This document shows positions 9,648-20,501 of a stretch of 64,000 nt of DNA, piece by piece (position 1 is the first letter of the stretch; each line of letters starts with the position of its first letter). Both the position numbers and the translations under genes were made by a program. Source of the DNA: Candidatus Hydrogenedentota bacterium (GTDB taxonomy: Bacteria > Hydrogenedentota > Hydrogenedentia > Hydrogenedentales > SLHB01). A model generated the notes under the pieces. The model had not been told where the DNA came from. It made no database searches and worked only from the letters and a program-made list of their open reading frames with translations. The stretch is from positions 896,001 through 960,000 of the forward strand of contig CAXXTH010000017.1 of the NCBI GenBank assembly GCA_963668025.2, given 5' to 3'.

Positions 9648-9730
9648 GTTTTTTGAACGATCCCTCTTGACCCTATTGGGAACGTTTTACTCATCACGAG
9701 ACAAAGCCGGTTTCGCGTAAATCTTCGTGC

Positions 9731-10462
9731 CTACCGCGCGAGTGGGCGCGCCACCAGCCGTGCCCATAATGCGTAGCCCGCCCGGTTGGGGTGTACGCCA
9801 TCATCCGAGTATTCGGTCTTCAATTCGCCCTTCTCATCGCAAAACGCAGGATGAAGGTCGATGAACTTGACGTGATGTTTGCGGGCAACAGCTTCGAGTT
9901 CCCGGTTTACATTCAGCACCATTGTGTTCAGATCGGCGGACTCGATATTGGCGATTCGCCCGCGCACCGGCAAGAGCGACTGCACATAGATCCGGCAATC
10001 GGGGCAGTTCTCTTGCAATTGGCTCAACAAATAATCATACAGCTCGGCATATTCGCCCGGGGACATCTTGTTTATGAAAACATCGTTGATCCCGATCATG
10101 AGGAACAACGTGCGCGGACGAAGCTCATAGGCCGAAACATCCAGGCGGCGGAGGAGGCCCCAGATCGAATCGCCGCCAATGCCTCGATTGGCGATGGGAA
10201 CATCCGGCAATACCTCTTCAAACGGGAATCCGGCCGTGATCGAGTCGCCACAAAACACGATGCCGCCAGGTGCGCGCGTTTTATTATCCTCGCGAAACTC
10301 GATTACTTTTGATTGTTCGAAGTCTGGCAATTCCGAACCAAAATATTCCTCCGCTTGCGGCAAGGTGGAAGGGTCGGCGATGGCTTGCGGTTTGTCTGTC
10401 CGCAGCATTTGGCATCCGGCCAGCATACAGACGATCACCGCGAAACAGAACCAGTTTTTCAT
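9731..10462 (-). CDS. GDSL/SGNH hydrolase lipoprotein
   Basis: Lipobox MLAGC; GDSIT, NRGIGGD, GIND and DGVHP blocks. Confidence 0.9.
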   Translation of the reverse strand: MKNWFCFAVIVCMLAGCQMLRTDKPQAIADPSTLPQAEEYFGSELPDFEQSKVIEFREDNKTRAPGGIVFCGDSITAGFPFEEVLPDVPIANRGIGGDSIWGLLRRLDVSAYELRPRTLFLMIGINDVFINKMSPGEYAELYDYLLSQLQENCPDCRIYVQSLLPVRGRIANIESADLNTMVLNVNRELEAVARKHHVKFIDLHPAFCDEKGELKTEYSDDGVHPNRAGYALWARLVARPLAR

Positions 10463-10652
10463 CAACAGTCTCTCCAATCCATCAGTTGTGTGGAACGCCA
10501 CAATTTTCAGAGATAGCTTCCAATCATTTGGGCATGGTAGCATCAGGCCTAATCAATACCCAAAGACGAACAAATGTTCCATCGCTTAAAACAAGCGGCC
10601 AGCGCCGTACAGACAAGTGTGGCTTGAATGCGCTTCATTAAGGAGCAACGAG

Positions 10653-12464
10653 ATGCAACGAAAACTCGCGGGATTTGTGCTGGGCCTGACACTGGCGGCG
10701 ATGGGCATTTGCCACGCTTCGCCGGAACGCTCGAAAGGGATGGTGATCATCGTTCCTAGCGCCACCACTCCCGTGGTGGACTTGGCGGCGCAAGAGCTTC
10801 AGTATTATGTCGAGGCGTCAACCGGCGTCAAAATGCCGATTCTAGCCGAGGATGACGCTCCGGCAACAATCAAGCGGCGCATCTATCTGGGTGCAACCAA
10901 AGCCGCACGCGATTCGGGGATCGATCCGGCTACATTGCCGCGCGATGCGTATCACATCAAGACTTCGGGCGATACCATTTACCTCATGGGGGGTGACGGA
11001 GATGGCCCGCCACTAGCTGATAATCTACAAACGCCCGTAGGTACGCTCTTTGCCGTCTATGATGTGCTCGATAACGACCTCGGCGTGCGCTGGCTTTGGC
11101 CGGGAACATCCGGTGAATTCATCCCCAAGCGAACTGCACTCAAAATCAAGAAGCGCGATGAAACGGTCTTGCCTCGATTCCGTTTTTGTGGACTCCGGAC
11201 GAACAGGCCCGAGGAAGTCCACTGGATGCGCCGAATGCGGATGCACTGGGCCGACGAGATGAGCTATGGCCACTCGTTTGAGAAGTGGGGAGATAAATAT
11301 TTCAAGGACCACCCCGACTGGTTTGAGATGAACGCGAACGGCGAGCGCTATCCAGGCAAATCCATGTGCGTATCCAATCCAGGCTTTCACCAGCAGATTG
11401 TCGAGAACTGGTGGTCCGAACGGCGGAAGCATCCTAATTCCCGATCCATCATCAACATTTGCGAAAACGACGGCCCTGGAGCATGCTGCTGTCCCAACTG
11501 CCTCTCATGGGATGGCCCGACACCTCCCTGGCCGCGCCCAACTCCGTACGATAACGTCCACAATGTGTCTGAGCGTTACGCCCGTTTTGCGATGGCGGTA
11601 CTCAAACTAGCCCGTGAACATGACCCCAATGTGGAAGTGGTTTTCTATGCTTATAGTAACATTGTCTTCGCACCCGTAGGTGTGGAGCTCGACAAGCATG
11701 TCATTGCGGGCTATGTGCCGGATGTGTTTTTCCCGCGCACCCAGGAGTCGCACGAATGGGTTCACCGCCAATGGCAAGGCTGGGCAGATGCTGGCGCATC
11801 GCTGTTCATGCGCCCGAACTACCTGCTTCATGGCTATTGCATGCCCGTTAATTGGACCCGGCAGCTTGCCGATGATTTTCAGTTTTTTGAATCACACGGA
11901 ATGATCGGCACCGACTTCGACAGCCTGACCGGTATGTGGTCCACGATGGGGCTGCCGCTCTACGTACTTGGCCGGCTGCACGTGAATCCAAAGAAGCCTG
12001 TCGACAAGCTTCTAGATGAATATTATTCTGCATTCGGGCCTGCGGCGAAGCAGGTCCGGGCCTACTGGGAATACTGGGAGCGCCATGACCAGGAGCACAT
12101 CGATGTCCTCCGTGATGGCCTCTGGCATTATGTGCGTTATCCCGAACAAGCCGACAAGCGTTATCCACTCGAATCATTCGAGCCCGCCGAGAAGCTAATG
12201 GAGGAGGCCGAGCATGCTGCTTCAAAAGACCCTAATGCAGCGGCCAAGGCCGCCTTCCTCAAGACCGGCCTGCAGCACGCGAAGTTATGTGTGAAAACGA
12301 GCATGGCGATTGCGGCGGCAGGAGCGGATCCAGACAAACGCAGGGCCGCCATGGCCGGGCTGCTGGCTTTACGCCAAACCATCACCGATCCCATGGCGGT
12401 CAATCTGAGTGATGGGGACTCCTCTTGCAGAGCTCACGAAATAAATCTCGAATGGCCGGAATGA
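10653..12464 (+). CDS. Secreted DUF4838-domain protein (putative glycoside hydrolase-like)
   Basis: Signal peptide; AAQELQYYVEASTG, GTLFAVYDVLD..LGVRWLWPG, HPDWF, CVSNP and YAYS motifs; AGGAG RBS. Confidence 0.78.
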   Translation: MQRKLAGFVLGLTLAAMGICHASPERSKGMVIIVPSATTPVVDLAAQELQYYVEASTGVKMPILAEDDAPATIKRRIYLGATKAARDSGIDPATLPRDAYHIKTSGDTIYLMGGDGDGPPLADNLQTPVGTLFAVYDVLDNDLGVRWLWPGTSGEFIPKRTALKIKKRDETVLPRFRFCGLRTNRPEEVHWMRRMRMHWADEMSYGHSFEKWGDKYFKDHPDWFEMNANGERYPGKSMCVSNPGFHQQIVENWWSERRKHPNSRSIINICENDGPGACCCPNCLSWDGPTPPWPRPTPYDNVHNVSERYARFAMAVLKLAREHDPNVEVVFYAYSNIVFAPVGVELDKHVIAGYVPDVFFPRTQESHEWVHRQWQGWADAGASLFMRPNYLLHGYCMPVNWTRQLADDFQFFESHGMIGTDFDSLTGMWSTMGLPLYVLGRLHVNPKKPVDKLLDEYYSAFGPAAKQVRAYWEYWERHDQEHIDVLRDGLWHYVRYPEQADKRYPLESFEPAEKLMEEAEHAASKDPNAAAKAAFLKTGLQHAKLCVKTSMAIAAAGADPDKRRAAMAGLLALRQTITDPMAVNLSDGDSSCRAHEINLEWPE

Positions 12465-12642
12465 CCCGAAGGGGAGAACCAGATTTACAATACATCATCA
12501 ACGAAAAACGGGGCGCATGTATTCCGCAGCCGCCTTACAACCCGGCGGAACGCCTTTTGGGCTATCTGTGAAGTAGCATCTGATAATTGGCAGCCTTGTT
12601 TATTGTCTTTCGCCGGTATTGATACATCATTTTGCATCTGAC

Positions 12643-12711
12643 GACCGACGAGGGCGTCGGTCCCACACTTTCTAATGCAATCAAATTGTGGGACCGGCGC
12701 CCTCGCCGGTC
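12643..12711. repeat. REP-like inverted pair, family B (TGTGGGACCGGCGCCCTCGCCGGTC)
   Basis: 12643-12667 and 12687-12711 are reverse complements at 23/25; each is internally palindromic. Confidence 0.75.
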
Positions 12712-12767
12712 ATTCTTCACCACTTGGCTAAAGTGTTACCTTTTATTTTTGTTAGTGAAATGAAAGG

Positions 12768-12808
12768 AAACGCCCCCGGAGTCCATTCGTGGAAACCGGG
12801 GGCGTTTT
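12768..12808 (-). terminator. Intrinsic terminator after ppdK
   Basis: AAACGCCCCCGG...CCGGGGGCGTTT hairpin between convergent genes. Confidence 0.7.
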
Positions 12809-12827
12809 GTCGCACTAAATAGCTTCG

Positions 12828-15599
12828 TTACTTCTTCGCTGCTTTCTTCTTTGGAGCGCTTTTCTTCGTGCTTGCCTTGCGGGGCCACTGGATGGCGGCC
12901 TGGGCGGCGGCAAAGCGCGCGATGGGTACACGGAAGGGGCTGCAGCTTACGTAGTTCATGCCGACGCGGTGGCAGAACATGACCGAGCTAGGCTCGCCGC
13001 CGTGCTCGCCGCAGATGCCGACCTTGAGGTTCGGGCGCGTCGAACGGCCCTTCTCGACGCCGATCTGCACCAACTGGCCGATGCCTTCCTGGTCGAGAAC
13101 TTCGAACGGATCCTCGGGGAGAATCTTCTTCTCGAGGTAATAGGGCAGGAAGCCGCCCACGTCGTCGCGCGAGTAGCCGAAGCCCATCTGCGTGAGGTCG
13201 TTGGTGCCGAAGCTGAAGAATTCTGCCACTTCGGCGATCTTATCCGCAGTCAACGCGGCGCGCGGAATCTCGATCATCGTGCCGACCATGTACTCGAGGT
13301 TGCGAATGCCTTTTTCTTTCTTTACCTGCTCCGCGACGGAATTGATGATCGCGGCCTGATTCTCGAGTTCTTTCTTCGTGCCTACGAGCGGAACCATGAT
13401 CTCAGGCATGACCTTGATCTTCTCTTTGGTGAGTTCCGCGGCGGCCTCGAGAATAGCGCGGGCTTGCATCTCGGTGATTTCGGGATACGCGACGCCGAGG
13501 CGGCAGCCACGGTGGCCAAGCATCGGATTCAGCTCGTGAAGCTGGGAGATGCGGGCTTTGATCTTCTCCACGGGAATGCCGATGCTCTTCGAGAGTTCGG
13601 CGATCTGCCCGGCATCAAGTCCGCCTACGAATTCATGTAGAGGCGGATCCAGCAAACGAATCGTCACCGGCTTGCCCGCCATGGCCTTGAAGATGCCCAG
13701 GAAATCTTTCTTTTGGAACGGCAACAACTTCATGACGGCCTTGCGGCGGTCTTCCTCGGAAGCGGCGAGGATCATCTCGCGCACATGAATGATGCGCTCG
13801 GGCTCGAAGAACATGTGCTCGGTGCGGGTGAGGCCGATGCCTTGCGCGCCAAACTTAACCGCTTGCGCGGCGTCTTCGGGGCGGTCGGCATTGGTGCGCA
13901 CATCAATCTGGCGCGTGGAATCCACCCAAGTCATGAGGGTCTTGTACCATTTGTTGCTGTCCGGATCCGCCGGCAGCACGGACACCTGGCCTTCATACAC
14001 TTTGCCGGTCGTGCCGTTCATCGAGATCCAGTCGCCTTCTTTGAAGACTTTATCGCCTGCGGTGACGGTTTTAGCTTTGATATCGATGTGGAGGGCTCCG
14101 CAGCCTACGATGCAGCATTTGCCCCAGCCGCGGGCCACGAGAGCCGCGTGCGAGGTCATGCCGCCTTTAGCGGTGAGGATGGCTTCGGCCACATGCATGC
14201 CATGCACGTCTTCCGGCGATGTTTCATTACGCACCAGAATGACCTTCTTGCCTTTTTTCACCCATTCCGCGGCATCATCGGCCGAGAGCACCACTTGGCC
14301 CAAACCGCCGCCAGGGCCTGCAGGCAGGCCTTTAGCCAGCAAAACGGCCTTCTTTTCGGCGGCCGGATCAAGCATCGGGTGCAGCAATTCATCGAGCTGG
14401 TTCGGAGCGACGCGCATGATGGCGGTCGTCTTGTCAATCAGCTTGGCATCGGCCATTTCGACGGCCATGCGGATCGCCGCCATGCCCGTGCGCTTGCCGA
14501 CGCGGCACTGAAGCATCCACAGCTTGCCTTCTTCGATGGTGAACTCGATGTCCATCATGTCTTTGTAGTGTTTCTCGAGCTTCGTACGGATGCCATCGAG
14601 CTGTTTGTACAGCTTCGAATACGCTTTTTCGAGAGTCACCAGCTCGACGCTTTGCTCGCTTTGCGAGGATTTATTCAACGGGCTTGGCGTGCGGATGCCG
14701 GCCACCACGTCTTCACCCTGGGCGTTCACGAGCCACTCGCCGTAAAAGGCGTTTTCGCCTGTCGCGGCGTTGCGCGTGAAGGCCACGCCCGTCGCGGAAT
14801 TGTCGCCCGTGTTGCCGAACACCATGGCCTGCACGTTGACCGCCGTGCCCCAATCGTCGGGGATGCGCTCGATGCGGCGGTACGAGATGGCGCGCTTGCC
14901 GTTCCAGGACTGGAACACGGCCTTGATGCCGCCCCACAACTGGGCTTGGGCGTCATCCGGGAACGCCTTGCCAAGGGTCTTCTTGACGATGGCCTTGAAC
15001 TGATCCGCCAACACCTTGAGGTCGTCCGTCGACATATCCGTGTCGGTCTTGTAGCCCTTTTCTTTCTTGAGGGCTTCCATGGCGTGCTCCATCTGGAGGC
15101 GGACGCCTTTGCCGTCTTCGGGCTCGATGCCCGCGGCCTTCTCCATCACCACATCCGCATACATCATGATGAGACGGCGGTAGGAGTCATACACGAAGCG
15201 CTCATTTTTCGTCTTCGCGATAAGGCCCGGGATGGTCGCTGTCGTGAGGCCCACATTGAGCACCGTGTCCATCATGCCCGGCATGGAGCGTCGGGCGCCG
15301 CTGCGCACGGAGACCAGGAGGGGATTCTTGGGATCGCCAAACTTCTTTCCCATTACTTTCTCGACGCCTGCAAGGGCCGCCGCGACTTCCTTCTCGATGA
15401 ACTCGAGTTTGCCTTTGTGATTGTAGTACTCGGTGCATACTTCGGTGGTGATGGTGAATCCGGCAGGCACGGGGATCTTGATTCGGCACATTTCGGCCAA
15501 ATTCGCACCTTTGCCGCCCAGCAGATTCTTCATACTTTCATCGCCGTCGGCCTTTTCGCCGCCAAAGAAATAGACGTTCTTAGCTATTTTCTTCGCCAT
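12828..15599 (-). CDS. ppdK: Pyruvate, phosphate dikinase
   Basis: LLGGKGANLAEM, SVRSGA..SMPGMMDT, GGMTSHAA (phospho-His), FSFGTNDLTQ, GICGEHGG, SCSPFRVP. Confidence 0.97.
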   Translation of the reverse strand: MAKKIAKNVYFFGGEKADGDESMKNLLGGKGANLAEMCRIKIPVPAGFTITTEVCTEYYNHKGKLEFIEKEVAAALAGVEKVMGKKFGDPKNPLLVSVRSGARRSMPGMMDTVLNVGLTTATIPGLIAKTKNERFVYDSYRRLIMMYADVVMEKAAGIEPEDGKGVRLQMEHAMEALKKEKGYKTDTDMSTDDLKVLADQFKAIVKKTLGKAFPDDAQAQLWGGIKAVFQSWNGKRAISYRRIERIPDDWGTAVNVQAMVFGNTGDNSATGVAFTRNAATGENAFYGEWLVNAQGEDVVAGIRTPSPLNKSSQSEQSVELVTLEKAYSKLYKQLDGIRTKLEKHYKDMMDIEFTIEEGKLWMLQCRVGKRTGMAAIRMAVEMADAKLIDKTTAIMRVAPNQLDELLHPMLDPAAEKKAVLLAKGLPAGPGGGLGQVVLSADDAAEWVKKGKKVILVRNETSPEDVHGMHVAEAILTAKGGMTSHAALVARGWGKCCIVGCGALHIDIKAKTVTAGDKVFKEGDWISMNGTTGKVYEGQVSVLPADPDSNKWYKTLMTWVDSTRQIDVRTNADRPEDAAQAVKFGAQGIGLTRTEHMFFEPERIIHVREMILAASEEDRRKAVMKLLPFQKKDFLGIFKAMAGKPVTIRLLDPPLHEFVGGLDAGQIAELSKSIGIPVEKIKARISQLHELNPMLGHRGCRLGVAYPEITEMQARAILEAAAELTKEKIKVMPEIMVPLVGTKKELENQAAIINSVAEQVKKEKGIRNLEYMVGTMIEIPRAALTADKIAEVAEFFSFGTNDLTQMGFGYSRDDVGGFLPYYLEKKILPEDPFEVLDQEGIGQLVQIGVEKGRSTRPNLKVGICGEHGGEPSSVMFCHRVGMNYVSCSPFRVPIARFAAAQAAIQWPRKASTKKSAPKKKAAKK

Positions 15600-16141
15600 T
15601 GTTGACTTTCTCCTTGTTGTTAGCGGCAGTTAGGCCTTATCGATTAAGGCAATGCTCTGCCGGGGGCTATCTGCGCGTAGCGTGGGTAATCCCTCGAGCG
15701 CGTGGCAAAACGGGAAATAGAATACTAAAATGCCTTATGGGTATGCAAATTCCTATATTTCTCCTGTCAAAACTCGTCAAAAATGTCCTCAGTCCATTCA
15801 CATCAGTCCATTCACTCCATTCACTCCATTCGCTCAATTCCTATATTTCTCCCGAATCGCTGGGCAAGTTAGCTGCATTATACGAAAAGGAAATCCATAC
15901 GTCTCATTTTTATCGCAGATACGCGGAGCTTCGCGGAGTAACACGAGCAGGAAAAGGGTTGGTTTCTGACAACTTCTTTGCACACTCTTAAAGAGCTTCA
16001 TTGGGGAAAATAGTGAAGAGCATCTACTCCACGTAACTCCGCGTTCTCCGCGCATCCGCATTGAAATGATACGCTTCTCCAAACGGGTGAGCCTGCGCAC
16101 ATGCAAAATGAGCATGAGGCCTGTTTTCATAAACGTATTGG

Positions 16142-16714
16142 TCATTGCTTTTCACGCATCCGGCTTTTCACCAACTTGAGTATCGAGCCGCGCGCGTTGC
16201 TCGCGATATGTTCGGTGTGGGCGGGCAGATAGAAGCCATCGCCCTTGCGGGCTTTGTAAACGCCCTTGCCCGGCAGTTCGAGGGTGAGTTCACCCGCAAG
16301 AATGAGGCCGCACAAGTCCGTGGTGTGGCTTTCCGCTTCCTGGATGCGCGTATGGGGGGCGTATTCTTCATATACGAGTTCGGTCTTGATATCGGGATGG
16401 CCGGTAAAGACATACGTCCAAGTGCGGTCTTCTTCCGCGAGCATTCGCATTTGGCCATGGGGAAACACAATGGGCAGAGGCGATAGATCGAGCTGGTTCG
16501 TGCTGAAGAAATCCGCTACGGCGCATTCCATCGCTTCCAGGATCTTTTGCAATGTCATGATGGTCGGCGATGCGTTTCCGGCCTCCACTTTTGAAAGAAA
16601 ACTTACCGCCACGCCCGCGCGGCCCGCCAGCTCACGCATCGAGAACTGCCGGGCTTTGCGCATTTTGCGCAATTGGGCGCCAAGCGATTTTCCATCCCAT
16701 ATCCCATTTTTCAT
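16142..16714 (-). CDS. XRE-family HTH regulator with a cupin domain
   Basis: LRKMRKARQFSMRELAGRAGVAVSFLSKVEAG..SPTI HTH; C-terminal cupin (H...GEL...GDGFY.PAH.EH). Confidence 0.88.
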   Translation of the reverse strand: MKNGIWDGKSLGAQLRKMRKARQFSMRELAGRAGVAVSFLSKVEAGNASPTIMTLQKILEAMECAVADFFSTNQLDLSPLPIVFPHGQMRMLAEEDRTWTYVFTGHPDIKTELVYEEYAPHTRIQEAESHTTDLCGLILAGELTLELPGKGVYKARKGDGFYLPAHTEHIASNARGSILKLVKSRMREKQ

Positions 16715-16846
16715 ACAGATAACCTCAGATTGGCTTTTATGGCGTTCCACTAGCCAGCCTCTATGCTGGGGCGCATCTCGGTTTCCGGCGAACCTCCTAT
16801 CCGGGAGGGCCAAAAATCCTAGAAATCTATACAGAACAACCCTACT

Positions 16847-16875
16847 ACTTTAGCGTGAACCTGCTTATTTGTCAA
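16847..16875 (-). promoter_or_regulatory. Sigma70-type promoter for the XRE gene
   Basis: TTGACA-N17-TAAAGT on the minus strand. Confidence 0.55.
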
Positions 16876-17151
16876 CTCTCCGGGCACCCGGATTTCTTTT
16901 AGAGCAAAGTGGCCAGGCAGGGGCCACATGTTAAATTTTGCTTGCAATTTGATATGCGGGCGGTGATCCAGGCAATATATCTAAAGGACTGCCGTTCCAC
17001 GCGTGACAACCCTGCGCATCGCCGTGCGCAAGGCATCCCTTGAGGGCTGGGGCTATTGGTATCCGGAGCGGTGCGGCGGTTGCAAAAGAAAACGCCAAGC
17101 GTACAGAGGGAGTCCGCGAAGACGGCTCGCCCAGAAGGAAGGAGACCGAGT

Positions 17152-18252
17152 ATGGCAACCATCGATTTCGGCGGGGTAAAAGAAGAAGTCATCATGCGCA
17201 AGGAATTCTCGCTTGCGCAAGCCCGAAAGGTGCTTAAAAACGAGACCATTGCGGTCATCGGCTACGGCGTGCAAGGCCCAGCGCAATCGCTCAACATGCG
17301 CGACAATGGATTCAATGTCATCATTGGCCAGGCCAAGTCGTTTAAGAAAGACTGGGATCGCGCGGTGAAGGACGGCTGGGTTCCCGGCAAGACTTTGTTC
17401 GATATCGAAGAAGCTGTCCAGCAGGCCACGATTGTCCAATACCTCGTCTCGGACGCGGCCCAAAAGGCTTTGTGGCCTGTCGTGAAGAAGAACCTCAATC
17501 CCGGCGACGCCCTGTATTTCTCCCACGGGTTTTCCATTGTGTATCGCGAACAAACGAAGGTGATCCCGCCGGAGAATGTGGACGTCATCTTGGTGGCTCC
17601 AAAGGGTTCCGGCACATCGGTGCGCCGCAATTTCCTGTCCGGCGCGGGCATCAACTCGAGCTTCGCCGTCCAGCAGGACTTCACTGGCCACGCCCGCGAA
17701 CGCGCCATCGCCATTGGCATCGCCATCGGCTCGGGCTATCTGTTCCCGACCACCTTCGAGCATGAAGTCTACAGCGACCTCACCGGCGAACGCGGCGTGC
17801 TCATGGGTGCGCTGGCGGGAATCATGGAAGCGCAGTATGACGTGCTCCGCAAAAACGGCCATAGCCCGAGCGAAGCCTTCAACGAGACCGTCGAAGAGCT
17901 GACGCAAAGCCTCATCCGCCTCGTGGATGAGAATGGCATGGACTGGATGTATGCGAACTGCTCGGCCACGGCCCAGCGCGGCGCCCTTGATTGGAAGCCT
18001 AAGTTCAAGAAGGCCGTCCTGCCGGTGTTCAAAGAGCTTTATGCGCGCGTGAAAGACGGCTCGGAGACCAAGCGCGTCCTTTCGGCTTGCGGCAAGGCGA
18101 ATTACAAAGAACTGCTCACGAAAGAACTCGATGAGATGGGCAACAGCGAAATGTGGCAAGCCGGCAAGGCCAGCCGCGACCTGCGCCCGAAGGAAAAAGC
18201 CCGCGAAATCACCAAAGACACCAAAGGCATCGCAGGCCGGAAATCCAACTAA
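17152..18252 (+). CDS. ilvC: Ketol-acid reductoisomerase
   Basis: IAVIGYGVQGPAQSLNMRD, FSHGF, VAPKGSG, SDLTGERGVLMG, CSATAQRG; AAGGAG RBS. Confidence 0.95.
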   Translation: MATIDFGGVKEEVIMRKEFSLAQARKVLKNETIAVIGYGVQGPAQSLNMRDNGFNVIIGQAKSFKKDWDRAVKDGWVPGKTLFDIEEAVQQATIVQYLVSDAAQKALWPVVKKNLNPGDALYFSHGFSIVYREQTKVIPPENVDVILVAPKGSGTSVRRNFLSGAGINSSFAVQQDFTGHARERAIAIGIAIGSGYLFPTTFEHEVYSDLTGERGVLMGALAGIMEAQYDVLRKNGHSPSEAFNETVEELTQSLIRLVDENGMDWMYANCSATAQRGALDWKPKFKKAVLPVFKELYARVKDGSETKRVLSACGKANYKELLTKELDEMGNSEMWQAGKASRDLRPKEKAREITKDTKGIAGRKSN

Positions 18253-18265
18253 TTACTACAAATCG

Positions 18266-18302
18266 AGGGGCCTCCTTAATATCGCAAGGAGGCCCTTTTT
18301 TT
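18266..18302 (+). terminator. Intrinsic terminator after ilvC
   Basis: GGGCCTCCTT...AAGGAGGCCC followed by a T-run. Confidence 0.8.
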
Positions 18303-18391
18303 ATACGTGGTGTCAAAAGAACCAATGCCGCGTAAGCCGCTGTGTGAGGCTGCTGCTCCGTCGCCGCCGCACGGATGTAGATAGGGTATAG

Positions 18392-18665
18392 CCTAGCTTT
18401 CGCAGTTATTTTTGTAAGTGGTTGATTTTGTTGGATCGAGTATCAAAAGTCTTCACTACATTTTATGTATTTTGAGCCGTTGAGGCAGTTGAAATCCCAG
18501 TCGTTGCAACAAGAGGCTTGGTGTTCTTCGGACGCCATTCCCCGGTCCATCACCCAGATGCGGTTGAAGCGCCCGTAACGCCGTTCCATGGTTTCCACGT
18601 TCTCTTCCAGCGTCGTGGAGTCTTGCCGGTTCCACGCGAACACCTCATAGCCCAGCGGCATCCCA
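18392..18665 (-). pseudogene. IS1634-family transposase remnant, internally deleted
   Basis: GMPLGYEVFAWNRQDSTTLEE...RIWVMDRGM joined to a C-terminal LLQRLGFQLPQRLKIHKM* in another frame, then an end-like CTGCGAAAGCTAGG. Confidence 0.75.
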
Positions 18666-18829
18666 CACCGCCCGGCGTTCCCCCTCCGGCAGCATCCCCA
18701 GACACGCCAGTGAACATGCATATCTTGATCAACTTCATCGGTTATAACCGGGGGAAAACTTTATTGTAATATCGTACCGGTTTTCATGCGGTTTCACGTA
18801 TTATCAAGCGGGAGGCGCTGCCAGACACC

Positions 18830-20501
18830 ATGCCACAAATTCGTATCGAGCAGCCCGGCGCGGCCCCTGTGCTCCGGGTGTTATCAGGCTCAGAAACCAC
18901 CCTTGGCCGCGCGGAAGACAATGATGTCGTCCTCGTGGCCGATGAGGTGTCGCGCCATCATGCCAAGCTGTGCATCCGGGGCGGGCGCGTGCTGCTGATG
19001 GACCTGAACAGCCTGAATGGCACCTATGTAAACCGCCAGCAGATCGTCGAACGCGTATTGTCCCATCAGGATGAAATATGGTTTGGAAGCAAATGCCGCA
19101 TCCTGTTCGATGAGAATCCTAAAATCGCATCGCGCACCGCAAATGAATTGCCGGAGCCATCGTCTGTTCTGGTGAACGATCTGGCGCGTATCCGGGAAGA
19201 CATGGCGCGCGTAGGCAACAACATGACCCTCATTGGCAAGGCGGGCCAGGCGGCGCGCGCTGGTGACGAGACTCCGTCGGCCTCGAAGGAAGAGCTAGTG
19301 GCCATGGGGCGCGCCTACCGGCGGCTCGCGGCGTTGTATCAAGCGAGCAACCAGGTGTCGCGCCTCATCGCATCAAACGCGGACCTGCCCACGCGGCTTG
19401 CGGCGGTGCTGGACACGGCTATCGAAGTGGCCGAGGCCGAACGCGGATTCGTCATGCTTCGTGACGAACAGAGCGGCGGCTTGCTCGTGCATTTGGCGCG
19501 GGAGATGGGACAGGAATTAAAGGCCAGTTCACCCAGCATGAGCATCGCCAGCCGGGCCGCCAGCATGGGCGAACCTGTTCTCATGCGGGACAGCGCACTG
19601 GATGAGCAGTTTGGCTCGAGCGACAGCATTATCGCCCAGCGCATCCATAGCGCGATGTGCGCGCCCCTTCAGGTCGAAGACCGCATTCTCGGGTCGATCT
19701 ACGTGGATACGCGCCAGCCGGAACACATGTTTCAAGAGGAAGACCTCGAATTATTCGCGAGCCTGGCCGCTCAATCGGCGATGGCTATCGAAAATGTGCG
19801 CTTATCCGAACAGATGCTCGATACGGAAAAGAAACGGGCCAACTTGGGACGTTTCCTGTCGCCCGCTATCGTTGAAGCCATTATGAACGAGGACAAGGAA
19901 CTCGAGTTGGGGGGGGCGAAAGCAGGAGGTGACGGCCCTGTTTTGCGATATTCGCGGATTTACGCCTATCGCGGAACAGCTCGCGCCTGCGGTGCTTGTG
20001 GAAATGCTCAACGAGCATTTCACGGCGCTCGTGGACATCATCTTCCGCCACCAGGGCACGCTCGACAAATACATTGGCGACGCCATCATGGCCGTATTCG
20101 GCGCGCCCATCGCCCAGGAGGACGACGCCTGCCGGGCTATTCAGGCCGCCGTGGCGATGCAGCGGAAAAATGCGGAACTGAATAAGGCCCGCATGGCGGC
20201 GGGGCGTCCCTGCCTTGAGATTGGCATCGGTATCAATAGCGGGGAAGTAGTGGCGGGCTATTTCGGCGCGCCCGAGCGCATGGAATTCACCATCGTGGGC
20301 GATGAAGTCAACGTCGCCAGCCGCCTTTGTTCGATGGCGGGCGCGGGCCAAATCGTAGCCGCGGAAGCCACGTACGCCCGCGTGCGCGGGCGGGTCGAGG
20401 CGGCATCTATTGGGGAAATGACGTTGAAAGGCCGCACGCGGCCTGTGAGCGCATTCGAGATCCTGGGCACCTGTGAGACGCCGGAAAAACCTGCCGGATA
20501 G
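18830..20501 (+). pseudogene. FHA-GAF-class III adenylate cyclase, frameshifted in a G8 run (19909-19916)
   Basis: FHA (GR..DND, SRHHA, NSLNGT), GAF, then cyclase (FCDIRGFT, DKYIGDAIMA, GDEVNVASRL) in the +1 frame. Removing one G gives continuous LGGRKQEVTALFCD. Confidence 0.85.

Noticed and set aside
2340-9650. A formal tmRNA-integrated genomic island
   Set aside because: The content is accessory, but I found no integrase and no duplicated tmRNA 3' end; the CCTCCACCA at about 44312 is too short and belongs to a local hairpin.
13713-15605. 630-aa plus-strand ORF, and similar long antisense ORFs over groEL, ilvC, SNF2, hydF and the ISKra4 transposase
   Set aside because: Shadow ORFs opposite well-supported genes in GC-rich DNA; no recognisable motifs.
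15834-16145. 103-aa ORF overlapping the XRE-cupin stop (ATGA)
   Set aside because: The coupling is suggestive, but there is no recognisable domain or protein-like composition; left uncalled.
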